From assembly GCA_965112735.1 (NCBI GenBank), contig OZ218950.1:7254001-7318000 (forward strand): a DNA stretch of 64,000 nt. Reading direction: 5' to 3'. The position numbers and the translations under genes are program-made. The stretch comes from Phaeosaccion multiseriatum. Taxonomy: Eukaryota > Protista > Ochrophyta, other classes. Shown in pieces: positions 43,829-57,434 of the stretch (positions within the stretch are counted from its first letter, which is position 1; each line of letters starts with the position of its first letter). The notes beneath the pieces are model-generated. The model had not been told where the DNA came from. It was given only the letters and a program-made list of their open reading frames with translations, and made no database searches.

Positions 43829-43996
43829 ATGGCGTACGCATGCTGTGCTCGGCCTTCTTTAGCCCCCCCCCTTCCTCCAGCAGCTGGCGCAGCAACAACT
43901 GCAGTAGAAGCAGGAGCTGGAGCAGAAGAGAGAAAAGAGGAGGAGGACGATGACCCTCGAGCGTCTGTAGGCCCGCTCCTTCCTTCAGCAGCTGGC

Positions 43997-44031
<35 letters not shown>

Positions 44032-45317
44032 AGCAGCAGCAGCAGCAGAAGAAGAAGATGATGATGACCTAAATGACCTCCTCCGAGAAATCGAGGAGCA
44101 GGAAGAAGAAGACACAGCAAGGGAGCTCAAAAGAGGAAGGTGTGCCTCACCTCCAAGTGCAAGGGAGCCCTCTGCAGCAGCAGGGAGGGGCGGCATTCAC
44201 CTCGACCTCCTGCCCGACAACTTGGTGGAGCGCATCCTCGAGCTGTGCAACAACCCGCGCTTCATTTCGAGCCGCTGGCACCACGCATCTGTCGACAACT
44301 TTCGCCAGCAGATCCGTCAACGCCTCAGCTGCGGTCTGGACCTGCCGAAAGCCCTCTCCTCCCGCATCGAGCAGGAGGTGTTTGCGGCCACGGGTCGGCT
44401 CGCCGGCAAGGCTTACAAGGCCAAGGCAAGAGAACTTATCTTCAATCTCAAGAAGGAGAGGAGCAATGAGCAGCTCAGGAGGCGGCTTATATCTGGGGAG
44501 CTGTCTCCCATGCTCTTGGTCTGTATGTCAGGTGTGTACGGCATGCACGCGCACAAGTATCGGCTACTGCTGCTGCTACGATTTGTATCTCCGTGATTCA
44601 TTGACTGATTGATTGGTTGGTTGGTTGATGCGCCCTCCCATTCTCGCTCCTCTTGCCGTGCTGGGCCTCCCTCTGTTGGCCTCACCCCTGCCCTCCCGTC
44701 CCCTCCCCCTTACGACGAATGGTAGTGGACGACCTGGCCTCGGAGGAGCGGCGAGCCGAGCGACAGAAGGAGCACGAGGCCTTCATCGCGGACAAGAGGC
44801 GGCCCAGAGACCTCTCACAGATGTCCTCCGTATCCAAGGTCAGCCACGCTGTATTGGGGGGGGGGGCAGGATTGGGTACCGGGCTGGGTACCCAACAAGC
44901 AGGCTGCGTGCGCTCTCTGCTGTGGCGGCGGCACAGAGGGGAATATGGGTAGGGCAGCGAGCGAGGAGAGAGCCTGATGCCGGCTCTGACTTACTGACTG
45001 CCTGCCCCTCTCAACGCTGCCACAGCTTCCGGGGTGTGTGCGTGTGTGCAGGCCATTCGCTCCCTCCCTGTCCTGACTCCTGACTCCGGCCATTCACCCC
45101 ATCATCCTGACTCGTGCCTCTATATGCCTCTATATGCCTCTATATGCCTCTATATGCCTCCTCTCTCTGCTGTGCTCTGTCCTGTGCGTAGGCGCACTCC
45201 TGCCCGCGATGCAGCCACAACGAGACCTTCGTCCGGACTTGGAGGCGGAAGCGCGTTGTGGACCGGGTCCGAATCGTACTCAAGTGTCTCAAGTGCAATC
45301 ACGTGTGGGACCATTAA
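43829..45317 (+). CDS. TFIIS-like protein: F-box-like motif + TFIIS central domain + C4 zinc ribbon; exons 43829 (or 43763)-44531, 44726-44838, 45192-45317
   Basis: Motifs: LDLLPDNLVERILELC; RIEQEVF..KAYKAKARELIFNLKK..NEQLRRRLISGELSPMLLVCMS|VDDLASEERR; CPRC..CLKCNHVW. Confidence 0.8.
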
Positions 45318-45658
45318 GTGCCATCCCGTGTGCGAGGAACTATATTCTACTCCTTCGTAGTAGTATTTTCCAGAACCGGTACACTCCTTGTTAAATGGGG
45401 CTGCAAGCGGGGAAAGGAGAAGGAGTAAAACGGTCGTTATTATATTCAGTTACATGACAAGCTCCATCAAAGCCCAGAGAGAGAGAGAGCGCTCAGAGAC
45501 AGCTCAGACTCGACCTCTACCTCTGCATGCCTCCGCCCGAGCACCGATCGCAACCGCCGATACCCCGGCTGCTGCTGCTGTCTGTCGTTCGCTGCCCAGC
45601 AGCCATGCCTCCCTCCATCCATACATCCATCCCACCAACTCCTTGTCACGGCAGGACG

Positions 45659-48600
45659 TCACGGCAGCACGGCCCTCATGCGCACCAAGAGGGTCTCCTC
45701 GTTCTTATCGTTCTCGTCATTGACAAACAGATACGCCTCCCTGTGCTGCCCTGGCTGCGCAGGCGCGTGCAACCACAGCCGAAAGTAGCCGGTGCCCTTC
45801 CCCTCAATGTCCACCGTTTCGTATCGGGGCTGCATGAGCTCGGGGTGGCTGGACAGCAGCTTGAAGCTCCTTCGAGCCCCCCAGGGGTTGGTGTAGGCGA
45901 TGCGCTTGTGCGTCTGCTGGCCGAGAGGGAGGTCGATGTCGTACGCCTTGGTCACAGTTGGCAGCGTCGTGGTTGCCGTCGCTAGCCAAGCCCCTACAAG
46001 CTCGCGACTGTCGAGGTCGACCATGTGCACCTGAATCTTCTGTGCGTACACGCCACCACCACCACCACCACCACCACCTGCAGCCGTTGGTGGTACAAGC
46101 GCAGCAGCCCCACCGCGGTCATGGCCGTCGCCAGCGTGACTCACAGCCGCCTCTGCGCCCCCCGCTTGCCTCGGTTTGAAGCGCATCTCCACCCTGTTGT
46201 ACGCGCCCGGCACGAGCTGAAACTCCGCATTGGGTTGGAAGGAGACATCCCTGGGGTGGGAGGAGAAGCACCGCACTCGGCGGGTGTAACGGTCACCGCG
46301 GACCACGAGGTCCACAGGGCTCGATTGGCCCACCGGGGAGTGCACGTCCAGACGCAGCCGGCTCTGAAAGGTATGAAGGCGAGGTGGGTAGGAATAGTTT
46401 CAGATTCAGTTGAAGGGGAGGGAGGAGGGCGTGAGAACAAAATAATCACTTTCACACAGGGAACACGCGCAGCTCCTCACCTGCACGACCACAAGCCAAG
46501 TCTCGTAGAGAGACGATTGGTGATGGTCATTGTAGAGCAGTACATAGAAGCTTTGCTGTGCAGGAAACGGCCCTACCCTGCTCTTGATTAGCACTTCCTG
46601 CTCGCCTCCCGGACCACCAACTGCTACCCCTCCGCCGCCAGCCTGTGGCCGCTGCCGCCACTCTACCACGACGTTCCCTTTGCCACTTCCCATGCCCCCA
46701 TCCTCCACACAGTGCACAAACTTGGGTCCCTGCCCCCCCCCAACTCCCCCTGCTGCCCCAAACATGTCCTCATACGTAGGGCCAGTGCGGGCGCGTGCGT
46801 GCTGTTCAGCCCTCGAGCCCGTCAGCCCCGCCCCCCTCCCCCTCCCCCTCCCCTCCAGCAGGCGGATGGCCCGCTTCAGCACCTCTCCCTCTGCCTGGAA
46901 GAAGCGCAGCGTTCGGTCTGTGACGAAGGGCCGGCGGTGTAGCTCCACTTGCACAAGGTTCACAACGTGTCCGTGGGAGGCGGAGCGGATGCTCACACAC
47001 ACACAACGCTCAGGGATGGAACCTTGACCAACTTGTTCACCAACTTGGTCCCCATCTATCTCATCCCGACCTTGGCCCGGAGCAGCTCGGCCTCCGCCTC
47101 GTTTTCGCGGCTCTACCGTGCAAGTGGCCACAGCACCGGCGTTGGTGTTGGCGTTGGTGTTGGTTCGCCTGGGCACGAGAGACAAAAAGCTGAAGGGTAG
47201 GTACACGCACTCGTTGGCCAGGAGGGTGATCTGCACACCTTCCCGTGGATCCACGTCCAGCATGTCTGCCTCCACAGGGCAGTCGCCAATTGAGCCCACG
47301 CAGGGCCGCACGTGGCGCCGGAGATGCATCCACTCCTCGCTCTGCACCACGAGCCGAAGCTCCGGGTCCTCCACGTCGATGCGGAAGCGCTCCTCGTGAT
47401 TAAAGGGGTTGCGGAACGGGTGCTCGAAGAAGAGGGGGGTGGCGAAGGAGAAGAAGAGGCGGTATTCCGTGGTGAGCGAGGCCGACAACACCCGCTTCAC
47501 CAACTCCTTCTTCTGCCCCTCGCGGTACCACTGGATCAGCGCCAAGGACTCCATACCCCCTGCACACGCCCCTCCTCCATGCCCGCGTGCGTCATCATCG
47601 CTATGTGCACCCCCCTGCGCGCCCCTCTGCTGCCTCATGCCGAAGAGTCCCCTGTTCTGATGCCGCATGCGCAACAGCCGTCTGTCCACAGGGCCCTTCG
47701 TCCTCGCCAACTGCGCCAGTTGCCTCTGCAACGTCGCCGGGTCCGACCCCCCGCCTCCTCCTCCCATCCCCTTTGCCCACTGTCCCTCCCCCTTACCCCC
47801 CTCGATAAGGCTGAGCCCAAGCTCCATCATGACTTGAGCAAAGTCGCTCCTCACCACCTCGCCCGAGTGGTTAGCGTCATAGCGATGGAAGAGTTTCTCT
47901 ACATCCACCCCTCCCCTCCTCGCTTGCCTCCCCACAACTCGCTGAAGTTTGCGCTCCATGTCCTTGGTGTCAGGATCTGTGCTGAACACGTACTTGCCCT
48001 CCTCAATCACATCGCTATCACTGCCACTGCCTCTGCCAGAGTCACCGCCCCAGCCTCCTCCTCCTCTCCTCCCCCTCTGCCGCTTGTTCCGCACGAAGCG
48101 TATAAACTCCACCACGCTAACGTCCCCACTCCGATCCCTGTCGAAGCGATCCACCAAGTCGATGATGTCGTCTTTTGTGATCTTGCCGTGTTCGAATACA
48201 CCCAAATCCTCCAACCCACGGAACATTTCCTTCACCGTGATGCGGCCGTCGCCATCTGTGTCGAAGTGCGCGAACACGCTCTCCATAGCCGCCCCCCTGG
48301 CCTCAGCTTGAAGCACCACCTCCCTCACCAGATTGTCCACCTCATCGTCCTCCTCCTCTTCCTCGTACTCCTCCTCCTCCTCCCTCCCCTCCTCCCTCCC
48401 CCACCTCTCTCTCCTCGTCCTCCCCCCCCCGCCCTCCTTGCCCTCCTCCTTCCCCTCCTCCTCCCCCTGCTCACACCACTGCAGAAGCTCGTGAAGCGAC
48501 ACTTGGCCGTCGCCATCTGTGTCCATGTGGTCCACCACTTGCGTCACCTCCTCCGCCCCCACCTGCACGCCGAGGCACCGCAGCGCCTGCTCGAATTCTG

Positions 48601-51482
48601 TAACGCTCAGCTTGCCACTCTCATCGGCGTCGAAGGACTCGAACACCATCCTCGCCTTACCCCTGCCCTTGCCCTTGCTCCCTCCCCCTCCCTCCTCCCT
48701 CAGTTGCATTCTGAAACGCTCCAACACCTCGAGCACCCCCTGAGACCCCGCCCCTCGTCGCCCCCCTCGGGACGGTGTCCTGGCCTTGTCGTAAGCAGCC
48801 TGGGCCCTCTTCCTCTGCCTGGCCTTGAGTGTGGCCTCGGGGGTGCGCACAAAGGTCAAAATGTCCGCCCAGCTCACCCCTTCACTCCCTTCACCCCCCC
48901 CCCCGAAGAGCCTGACGAAGTCGGTTGCATCCCTCAGAGTGACTCCTTGAAAGGTTCCGATGTCCCCGATGGCCTTGAGCAGCTCTGGAGCCGTTACAAG
49001 GCCGTCGCCATTTGTGTCGAGTGTTTCAAACGCCTCCTCCAGGGATGTGCCCATCTGTTCGACCTTGAGCAGCGTCCTGAGGCAGAGAGAGGGAGGGACG
49101 GAGGGATGGCAGTGGACGGGGAGGAGGTCAGGTGAATGGAGTCATATGGGGCCATAATTTGGTGGGCGACAAGAGAAAGGAGGACAAAGACAGAGTTTGT
49201 CCCGTCCTGCGCAGACAGAGCAGAGCTGAGCACACCAGAGCAGTTGGTGATACAGAGCAGAGTATATGGCATCCCTCCTCCCTGCCCATCTACCTCCTGA
49301 GCTTGCTGCCCACGTCCACTTTGTAGTCCCTCCCCATGAAACGCATGAACTCGCTCAGGCTCACGCTGCCGTCGCCGGACAGGTCGAAGTGCTGTTGTTT
49401 TGTTGACATGATGAAAATATAGGAGCGAGTTGGTGCAGGTTTCGATACAGTGCCATCCATCCGTCCCATCCATCTATTGCCATCCGTCCCCTCCATCTAT
49501 TGCCATCCGCCCCATCCATCTATTGCCATCCGTCCCCTCCATCTATTGCCATCCGCCCCATCCATCTAGTGCCATCCGTCCCATCCATCTAGTGCCATCC
49601 GCCCCATCCATCTATTGCCATCCGTCCCCTCCATCTATTGCCATCCGCCCCATCCATCTAGTGCCATCCGTCCCATCCATCTAGTGCCATCCGCCCCATC
49701 CATCTAGTGCCATCCGTCCCATCCATCTAGTGCCATCCGTCCCATCCATCTATTGCCATCCGTCCCCTCCATCTATTGCCATCCGCCCCATCCATCTATT
49801 GCCATCCGTCCCCTCCATCTATTGCCATCCGTCCCATCCATCTAGTGCCATCCGCCCCATCCATCTAGTGCCATCCGTCCCATCCGATCCAATACCTCAC
49901 CTTGAGCACCGCCTGCACTTCCTCCCCATCAAAAGCCTCAAACACTTTGAGTTTGTGCAGCCCCTGTCTGAGCTCCTCCACATCCATGTAGCCGTCGCCA
50001 TCTTTGTCGAAGTGCTTGAAGCACTCCTCCAGGGGGGTGCCAAGCTCCTCAGCCTTGAGCAGCACGAGGCGAAGTTTGCGTTCCAGTGGACTGTCTGTAG
50101 CAGTGTAAGGCCTGGGGGGAGGGGAGAGGAGGAGGAAAGTGAGACCATCCCCTCTCTTCCCCTTCCACTGCCATCCCCTCTCTTCCCCTTCCACTGCCAT
50201 CCCCTCTCTTCCCCTTCCACTGCCATCCCTTCTCTTCATCTTCCACTGCCATCCCCTCTCTTCCCCATCTACTGCCATCCCCTCTCTTATTGCCGCACCT
50301 GCCCATGAAGCAGAGGAACTCCCTTAGAGACACGAATCCGTCGCCATCTGTATCGAAGCGGCGAAGCACCAACTGCACCTGCTGGGCAGAGATGTCCTCC
50401 TCCTTGAGCACTCCCAAGGACGTGAGGCACTTGGGAGAGAGGGTGGAGAGAGCCACGCGTGTTGGGAATACGAGGCAGTTGTGAGTCGACAGCTGTGAGG
50501 AGCAGAGAGCCCTCCCTCCATTACATTGCCTCCTCTCTCCTCTCCTCCTCCGCAGGACCCACCCCAGACCCACCACCCACACCCATGCCCACCCCACCAT
50601 ACACCCCCCCCTCCTTCCCCTCCTTCCCCCTCACCTCCTGTAGCTCTGCGGCTGTGAGCTTCCCACTCTTATCCTTATCGAACACCCCAAAGGAAGCCTC
50701 CAGAGAAGCTCCCCCCTGTTCTTCGGCCCTCAGCAACACCTTTTTGAGTCGGGCTTCTGCCACCGCCGTCGGAGAGTACTCTACTCCCATGAGCTCCATG
50801 AAGGAGCGGAGACCCACGCTGCCGGTTCCGAGGGGATCGAAGCGGGCCATAAGCTTACGCACCTAGTTACGTAAGGAAAGTGAGAAGAAGAAGGGGTGAG
50901 GTGAGGTGAGGTGAGATGGGGAAGACAATCCCTCCATTGACTTACTACCCACCCATTGACTTACTACCCACCCATTTAGTTACGACCCACCCATTAACTT
51001 ACTACCCACCCATTGACTTACTACCCACCCATTGACTTACTACCCACCCATTGACTTCCCCCCCCCCCCTACGCACCTCTGAGGTGGGAAGCGCGTCGAA
51101 GACCCCAAGGTCCTTGAGTGCCGTGTCGAGCTCCTCCAGGCTGACGGAGCCGCTGCCGTCCTTGTCGAAGTGAGAGAATACCTCCGCTACAGACGTGCCA
51201 AGGCCCTCTGCCTTATGCAGGATGGCCTGAGGGGGAGGGGAGGGGGGAGGCCACACACAGGCGTATGGGTAAAGGTGGGCATATGGGCATATGGGCATAT
51301 GGGCAGGCAGCCAGGCAGCCAGGCAGCCAGGCAGACGATGGGGCGATTCCAGAGGGGATCAGAGGGGGGAAAAGTCAACGTCGGTGCCCTCCCTCCCTCC
51401 CTCCCTCCCCCCCCCCCTCTCTCCCTTCTCGCAAGCACACTCTCTTTCCCTCTCTCCCTTTCCATCTCTCTCCTTCAATCCC

Positions 51483-51522
<40 letters not shown>

Positions 51523-54500
51523 GCACCTTCAATTTCCGCTCGCTGGCCAGCTCCCCTGAATACCTCCTCCCCACGAAGGCCATCAACTCCTTCAGCCCGA
51601 CTGACCCCGAGCCGTCGGTGTCAAGAGCCCTCAGCAGCCTGTCCACCTCTTGTTTGGGCATCGCTTGCAGCACCCCAAGCTCACTCAGAGCCCTCTCTAA
51701 CGCCTTCAGGCTAAGCTCTCCGCTGCCGTCCTCATCCATTGCCCCGAAGGAATCTTCAACGTCGAGCCCTTTGGCTTCTGCACGGAGGAGGGCGGCGCGG
51801 AGACGAGCCTGGAGCACCGAGCTGCCGTTCCACTCGCGCCCGAGAAACTGGGGAGGGGGGAGGGGGGAGGGAGGAGGAGGAGGAGGAGGAGGAGGAGGAG
51901 GAGGAGGAGGAGGAGGAGGAGGAGGAGGAGGAGGAGGAGGAGGAGGAGGAGGGGGGGGAGGAGGGAAGAGGCGCGAAATGTCCGTGATGAGTAGGAGAAG
52001 AAGAAAAACCGGACCTACAATCGAGCTTCGCTGCTCGTCCCAGACTACAGCCCCGAGGGGGACTACAGCCCCGAGGGGGAACACCCCCTCCCCAAGCCTT
52101 CCCAATGATGTGATGCACGCACGCACCTGCATGAACTCTTTCAGGTCGACTTGTCCATCCCCGTCCTTGTCCATGCGTTGGAGCAGCGCCTGGTGGCAGG
52201 ACAAGTCAGTCAGTCAGTCAGTCAGTCAGTCAGCGGCGTCAAGACGCACAACGGTACGTGAGTGTGCACAGACCTCCCTCTCTCCCTCCCCCCACCTCCC
52301 CCACACCCCTCCCTCCTTCCCCCTCTCCATCTCACTCTCTCTTACCTCCAGATCCTGCTTCACCCCCTTCCCCTCCAGGAGCCCCCCCCCCCACCTCCTG
52401 AGCTGGTCCCCCAGCTCCCCCTTGCCAACGCCCCCACTCCCATCCTTATCCAACACCCCGAACACCTCCTCCAGGCTCGATCCTTTGGCCTCGGCTCTCA
52501 GCAGCACCTTCCTCACTCTTGCCTCCAGCGCTAGGCCAGGGCGGTAGGGGAAGCCTGCCCAGCGCAGAAACTCTTGGAGGCTCACACATCCACTGCCATC
52601 TGCATCGAATTTCTTCAGCACGAGCAACAGGTCCTTGCGAGGGGGAAGCACTGCCGTATCAGTATCACCAACCCCCCTACTTCCTTTACCATTGCCTTTC
52701 CCTCCTCCTCTCCCGCCCGTCCCACCAACGGCTGTAGCACCACCCCCCCCTCCCTTGACGAGGCTCCCCACGGCTTGAATAAACTCATCCGCGTCGAGCT
52801 CCCCCGACCCGTCCGTATCAAAGGCAGCAAACGCCTCAGCCACGGAAACCCCCTTCGCCTCGGCCCTTGCGAGCACTCTCCTCAGCTGGAGCTCCACCCG
52901 CCCCGCCCTAGAGGCCGTTAGATCACCAACTGCTCCCCTTCCTTGTTGGCGGGCCTGTATGAAGAGAACAAACTCTCTGCAGCTGACCTTGCCGTCCCCG
53001 TCCGAGTCCATTCGGTTCAGAAGCACTCGCACGTGCTCATCACGCATCACCTTTTGGACAGGGGGGTAACGGGGGTATAACACGGGTATGACACGGGGTA
53101 TGACAGGGGGTATGACAGGGGGTATGACACATTGGAGTTGAGCATCCATCGCTTTGCCATCAGTTCCCCTCCATAAATCAGAGTCCTCGCCCCTCCCTCC
53201 CTATGCCAGTTGGTGACGCGATGCGACACATCGTCGCCAAGCCTCACTCACCTCATGCACGCCGAAGCTCCTGAGCATCTGTTCCAGCTCCTGCAGCGTC
53301 AGCCGTCCGTTGCCATCCCCATCAAACTGCCTGAACACAGCCTCCAGACTCATCGCACAGCAGCCGTCCCCTCCCTTCCGCTGAGCCTTGGCTACCACCT
53401 CTACCAACCGCTTCTCCAGCAGCCTTCCGTTGGGCACATCGAGTAAGTGCAGGAGAGGCCCCTTGTACTTGACCCTGCCCCTCCCGCTGCCCCTGAACCT
53501 CCGCACGAGAAGCATGAGCTCGTCGTAAGTCATGCTGTCGCCATCGCTGAGACTCGAACCCGCACCCCTCCTCCCCCTAACCCCCGAGTGCCTGCGTCCG
53601 TCGTCGCCCCCCGCCGCCCCCGCCACGTCCATCCGGCCCGTGAGTGCAAGCTCCGGCGCAGAGTCGGTGAGGGGCCTGGCCCTGACCTTGTGCCTGGGTC
53701 TGTGCCTGCCATGCGCTGCAGTCTCCACCAGCCCCTCCATCCCCCCTCCCTGCTGCCGTACCACCAACTGCTGTTGTTGCTGGTTGATGTGGGCGTGGCT
53801 CGTGCCGTGGCGCCAGTCGATAGCGTGGCCGCTCCTCGGCGGTCGGTGCACATTGCTTGGCGGTCGCTTCCCCCTCCCGCTGCCCAGACTGCCCTCGTTG
53901 CTCGCCAGTACCTCAATGAGTCCCACCACCACTCCTGAGGAGAGAGAGCCGTGATGGATCGATGTCACGCCGTCGGACCCGCCTGCAGGAAAGCGTTGAG
54001 GAGGGAGGGTGGGGTATGGGGAGAGGGGCACGGGGGGGGGTAGGGAGGGAGGGAGGGAGGGGTGTTAGAAAGAGAGGAAGCAAGCATTACGACAGCCTTG
54101 CTACAGCCCTGCGACAGCCCTGCGACAGCCCTGCGACAGCCTAACGACACGCAGTAGGAGACTCCTCTGCGGCTTGTGCGGCTTGTGCGACGGCTCCTTC
54201 TGCGGCTCAAAGCTTCAACATCGTCGCGTAAGATACGAACGTAAGGGCTTGTTTCACAACCTCTAAGTACGCACACACCCACCCACACACGCACGCACAC
54301 ACACACACGCTTACCTCTTCCCCCGTCAGACACCACCTCAAGTTCCAGCGCGGTCTTAACGAGGGCCTTCCCCTGCCGCAGGAGGGCGGAAAGTGGGAGG
54401 GCACAGGTGCCCAAGTGCAACAGGGCGTCGGCGTCCCAAACGTCAATGAAGAGGGCCTTGTCGCTGAGGTAGTCTGCGAAGTGAGCGGCCTCGAAGGGCT

Positions 54501-57284
54501 GCAGTTGGGATGTATCGATGCTGTGGCGGATGGCCAGGGAGGGCTCGTCCTTGCCGTAGCGGGTCTGGGGAGGAAGGGAGGGAGGGAGGGAGGGAGGGAG
54601 GGAGGGAGGGAGGGAGGGAGGGAAGGAGGGAAGGAAGGAGGGAAGGGAGGTAGGGAGGGAGGGAGGGAGGGAGGGAGGTGATGGTTTAGCAGAGGAAAGG
54701 AGGGAGGGAGGGCTGTCCCTTGTCGTTGGTATTGGTAGTGAGTGCCCTTGCTGTCCGTTCGCGGATGGAGGGAGCAGAACAAAGGAACACAGCGCCTTCC
54801 CTTCCAGGCCTTCCCCCTCCCTCCCGAGTCCGCCCTTTCATGTCACGCCCGCGCCACCCCCCTCCTCCTGCCCCTCCCTCCCCTCCTTGTTCCCTCTTAC
54901 CTCCCTCACTAGCACCCTGAGGGCCCCCGCATCGTCCTGCCCTCTGTATGCCCTGAGCCTCATCCTCTCAGTGCGAGTGGGCAAACACGTGTAGAACTGG
55001 TATGTCAGGTAGATGCTGGCGGGCAGGGGCATGCTCGCTTTGGGGCAACGGTAGCCCGCGAACTGAGAAGCAAAAGTTTCAGTTTGGGCAGAGAGAGAGG
55101 GGGCCGTGACGGGTGTAGAGAGAGAGAGCGAGAGGCGAGAGAAAGGGAGAGTGAGACAGGGAGTGAGAGGGGAGAGCAATCAGAGGGAGAAGGGGAGGGG
55201 GGGGGGGCAGAGAAAGAGAAGGGAGACAGGAATAGCGAGGGATAAGAGGGAGGGAGAGAGGAGGGAAGCGTGGAGAGGGAGAGAGGAGGGAAGTGTGGAG
55301 AGGGAGAGAGGAGGGAAGCGTGGAGAGGGAGAGAGGAGGGAAGTGTGGAGAGGGGAGAGAGGAGGGAAGTGTGGAGAGGGAGAGACGAATTCGAATTCGG
55401 CCGCGTGAGTCCGTCTAAGTGGAGCTGGAGGAGGGGAGGAGGAGGGGAGGAGTCGCGGCACCGCATGTACCCCGGGGGGGTTGCACGAGCTACAGAGCCC
55501 CCCGGGGGATAACAAGCATCAGGCATTAGATCCCCCCGAGCTACGTAAGTACATACGTAACCCACCTGAAGCACGACATCGTTGAGTTTAAGCCTGTCAT
55601 TGGCCTCTATGTCGAGGTCGAAGGCCTCTAAATCGCCCGTCAGCAGCCCCGCCGTGTCCGTGCCTCTATCCCGTGAGTACAGCGTGTCGTGCATCACGTC
55701 CTGGAAACCGAAGCGGCTCATGCGCGTGCGGTCAGCGCGGCTCAGGCCCTCCGCCCCGAGGGGGGACCGGCCGCCCACCCCCACCGCCGTGGGCCCATAG
55801 TCCTCCAACATGGCCTGCCCGCCCCCGGGGTGCTGCTGCCCATATGCCTGCTGCTGCTGCTGGAGGAAGAAGTCGGTTTGCATGCCTCGATCCTCGACGT
55901 GGAGGGGCGCCTGTGGTAATAGCGATTGGGGGGGGGGGGGGGCACACAAGACACCCAACAACAGCAAGGTCAGGTCGAGCCGGGTTGGACAGTTAAGGAG
56001 CAGTGGAGAAGCGGAACAGTTCAATTGTGTGAACTCCACACACCCACCCGCGCTTCTTCCCTTCCTTTGTGCATGTACCAACAGCACCAAGAGCCCCTCC
56101 CATCCGACACAGATGGCGTACTCTCAACCCCATACCACCGCCTGCCCTACCTGCAGCGTCTGCCCGAGCAAGCTATCCCTTGCGGGCGGCACCTTCAGCC
56201 CCCTGCCCCCCCTCCACTGGTCCCAATCCTCCGGCCGCCCCCCTGGAGTCCCCCTGAGGCTGCTGCCGTCGGAGTCTCCTGCCACGAGGCTCATCTCCAT
56301 TTCGAGCCGGCGTGCCTCCGCCTCGGCCTTCAGGCGGGCCAGCTCCTTCTCTCTGTGGGGACGGAAGGAAGGGAAGGGAGTGGATGGATAGATGGATGGA
56401 TGGATAGAAGGAAGCAAGTGGATGGATGGATGGATGGATGGGTGGATGGAAGCAAGTGGATGGATGGATGGATAGAAGGAAGGAAGTGGATGGATGGATG
56501 GATAGATGGATGGAAGCACATGGATGGATGGATGGATAGAAGGAAAGAAGGAAGGCAGTGGATGGATGGATGGATGGATGGATGGATGGATGGATGGATA
56601 GAAGTAAGCAAGTGGATGGATAGATGGATAGGTGGATGGAAGGAAGGCAGTGGATGGATGGATGGATGGATGGATGGATAGAAGGAAGGAAGTGGATGCA
56701 TCGATGGATGGATGGATGGAAGCAAGTGGATGCATGGACGGATGGATGGATGGAAGCAAGTGGATGGATGGAAGGAAGGAAGTGGATGGATGGATGGATA
56801 GAAGGAAGGCAGTGGGTGGATGGATGGATGGATAGATGGATGGATTGATGACAACAAGGACGCGAAGGGGAGAAAGGGAGGGCATAACAAGGACGAGAAG
56901 GGGCGGGCATATTGGCGGGCATATTGGCGGGCATATTGGGGGGCATATTGGGGGGCATATTGGGGGGCATATTGGGGGGTTGATGAGACAAATGAAAGCA
57001 AGTCAAAGCCAAGTCAAGCCAAGCCAAGCCAAGCCACGCCAAGCAGGCCGAAAGGGGGGAAGGGAAGTGCACAAAAGGACAAGCCACCGCAAGCAGGCCG
57101 AAAGGGGAAAGAGAGGCACAAAAGGACAAGCCACAAAAGAGGCCTGTTATGGAGAGAGGGCACAGCTTCACAGCTAACATAGACAGACAAACAGCCAGTC
57201 AGCCAGCCAGCAAGCCAGCCAGCCAGCAAGCCAGCCAGCAAGCCAGCCAGCCAGCAAGCCAGCCAGCCAGTCAGCCAGCCAGCA

Positions 57285-57327
<43 letters not shown>

Positions 57328-57368
57328 AAGCCACCCAGCAAGCCAGCAAGCCAGCCAGCCAGCCAGCT

Positions 57369-57400
<32 letters not shown>

Positions 57401-57401
57401 C

Positions 57402-57434
<33 letters not shown>

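Noticed and set aside
47312-49135. 607-aa ORF antisense to NPHP4 (also 61282-62478 and 14623-15396)
   Set aside because: These are shadow ORFs caused by high-GC codon bias on the coding strand and contain no recognisable motifs.
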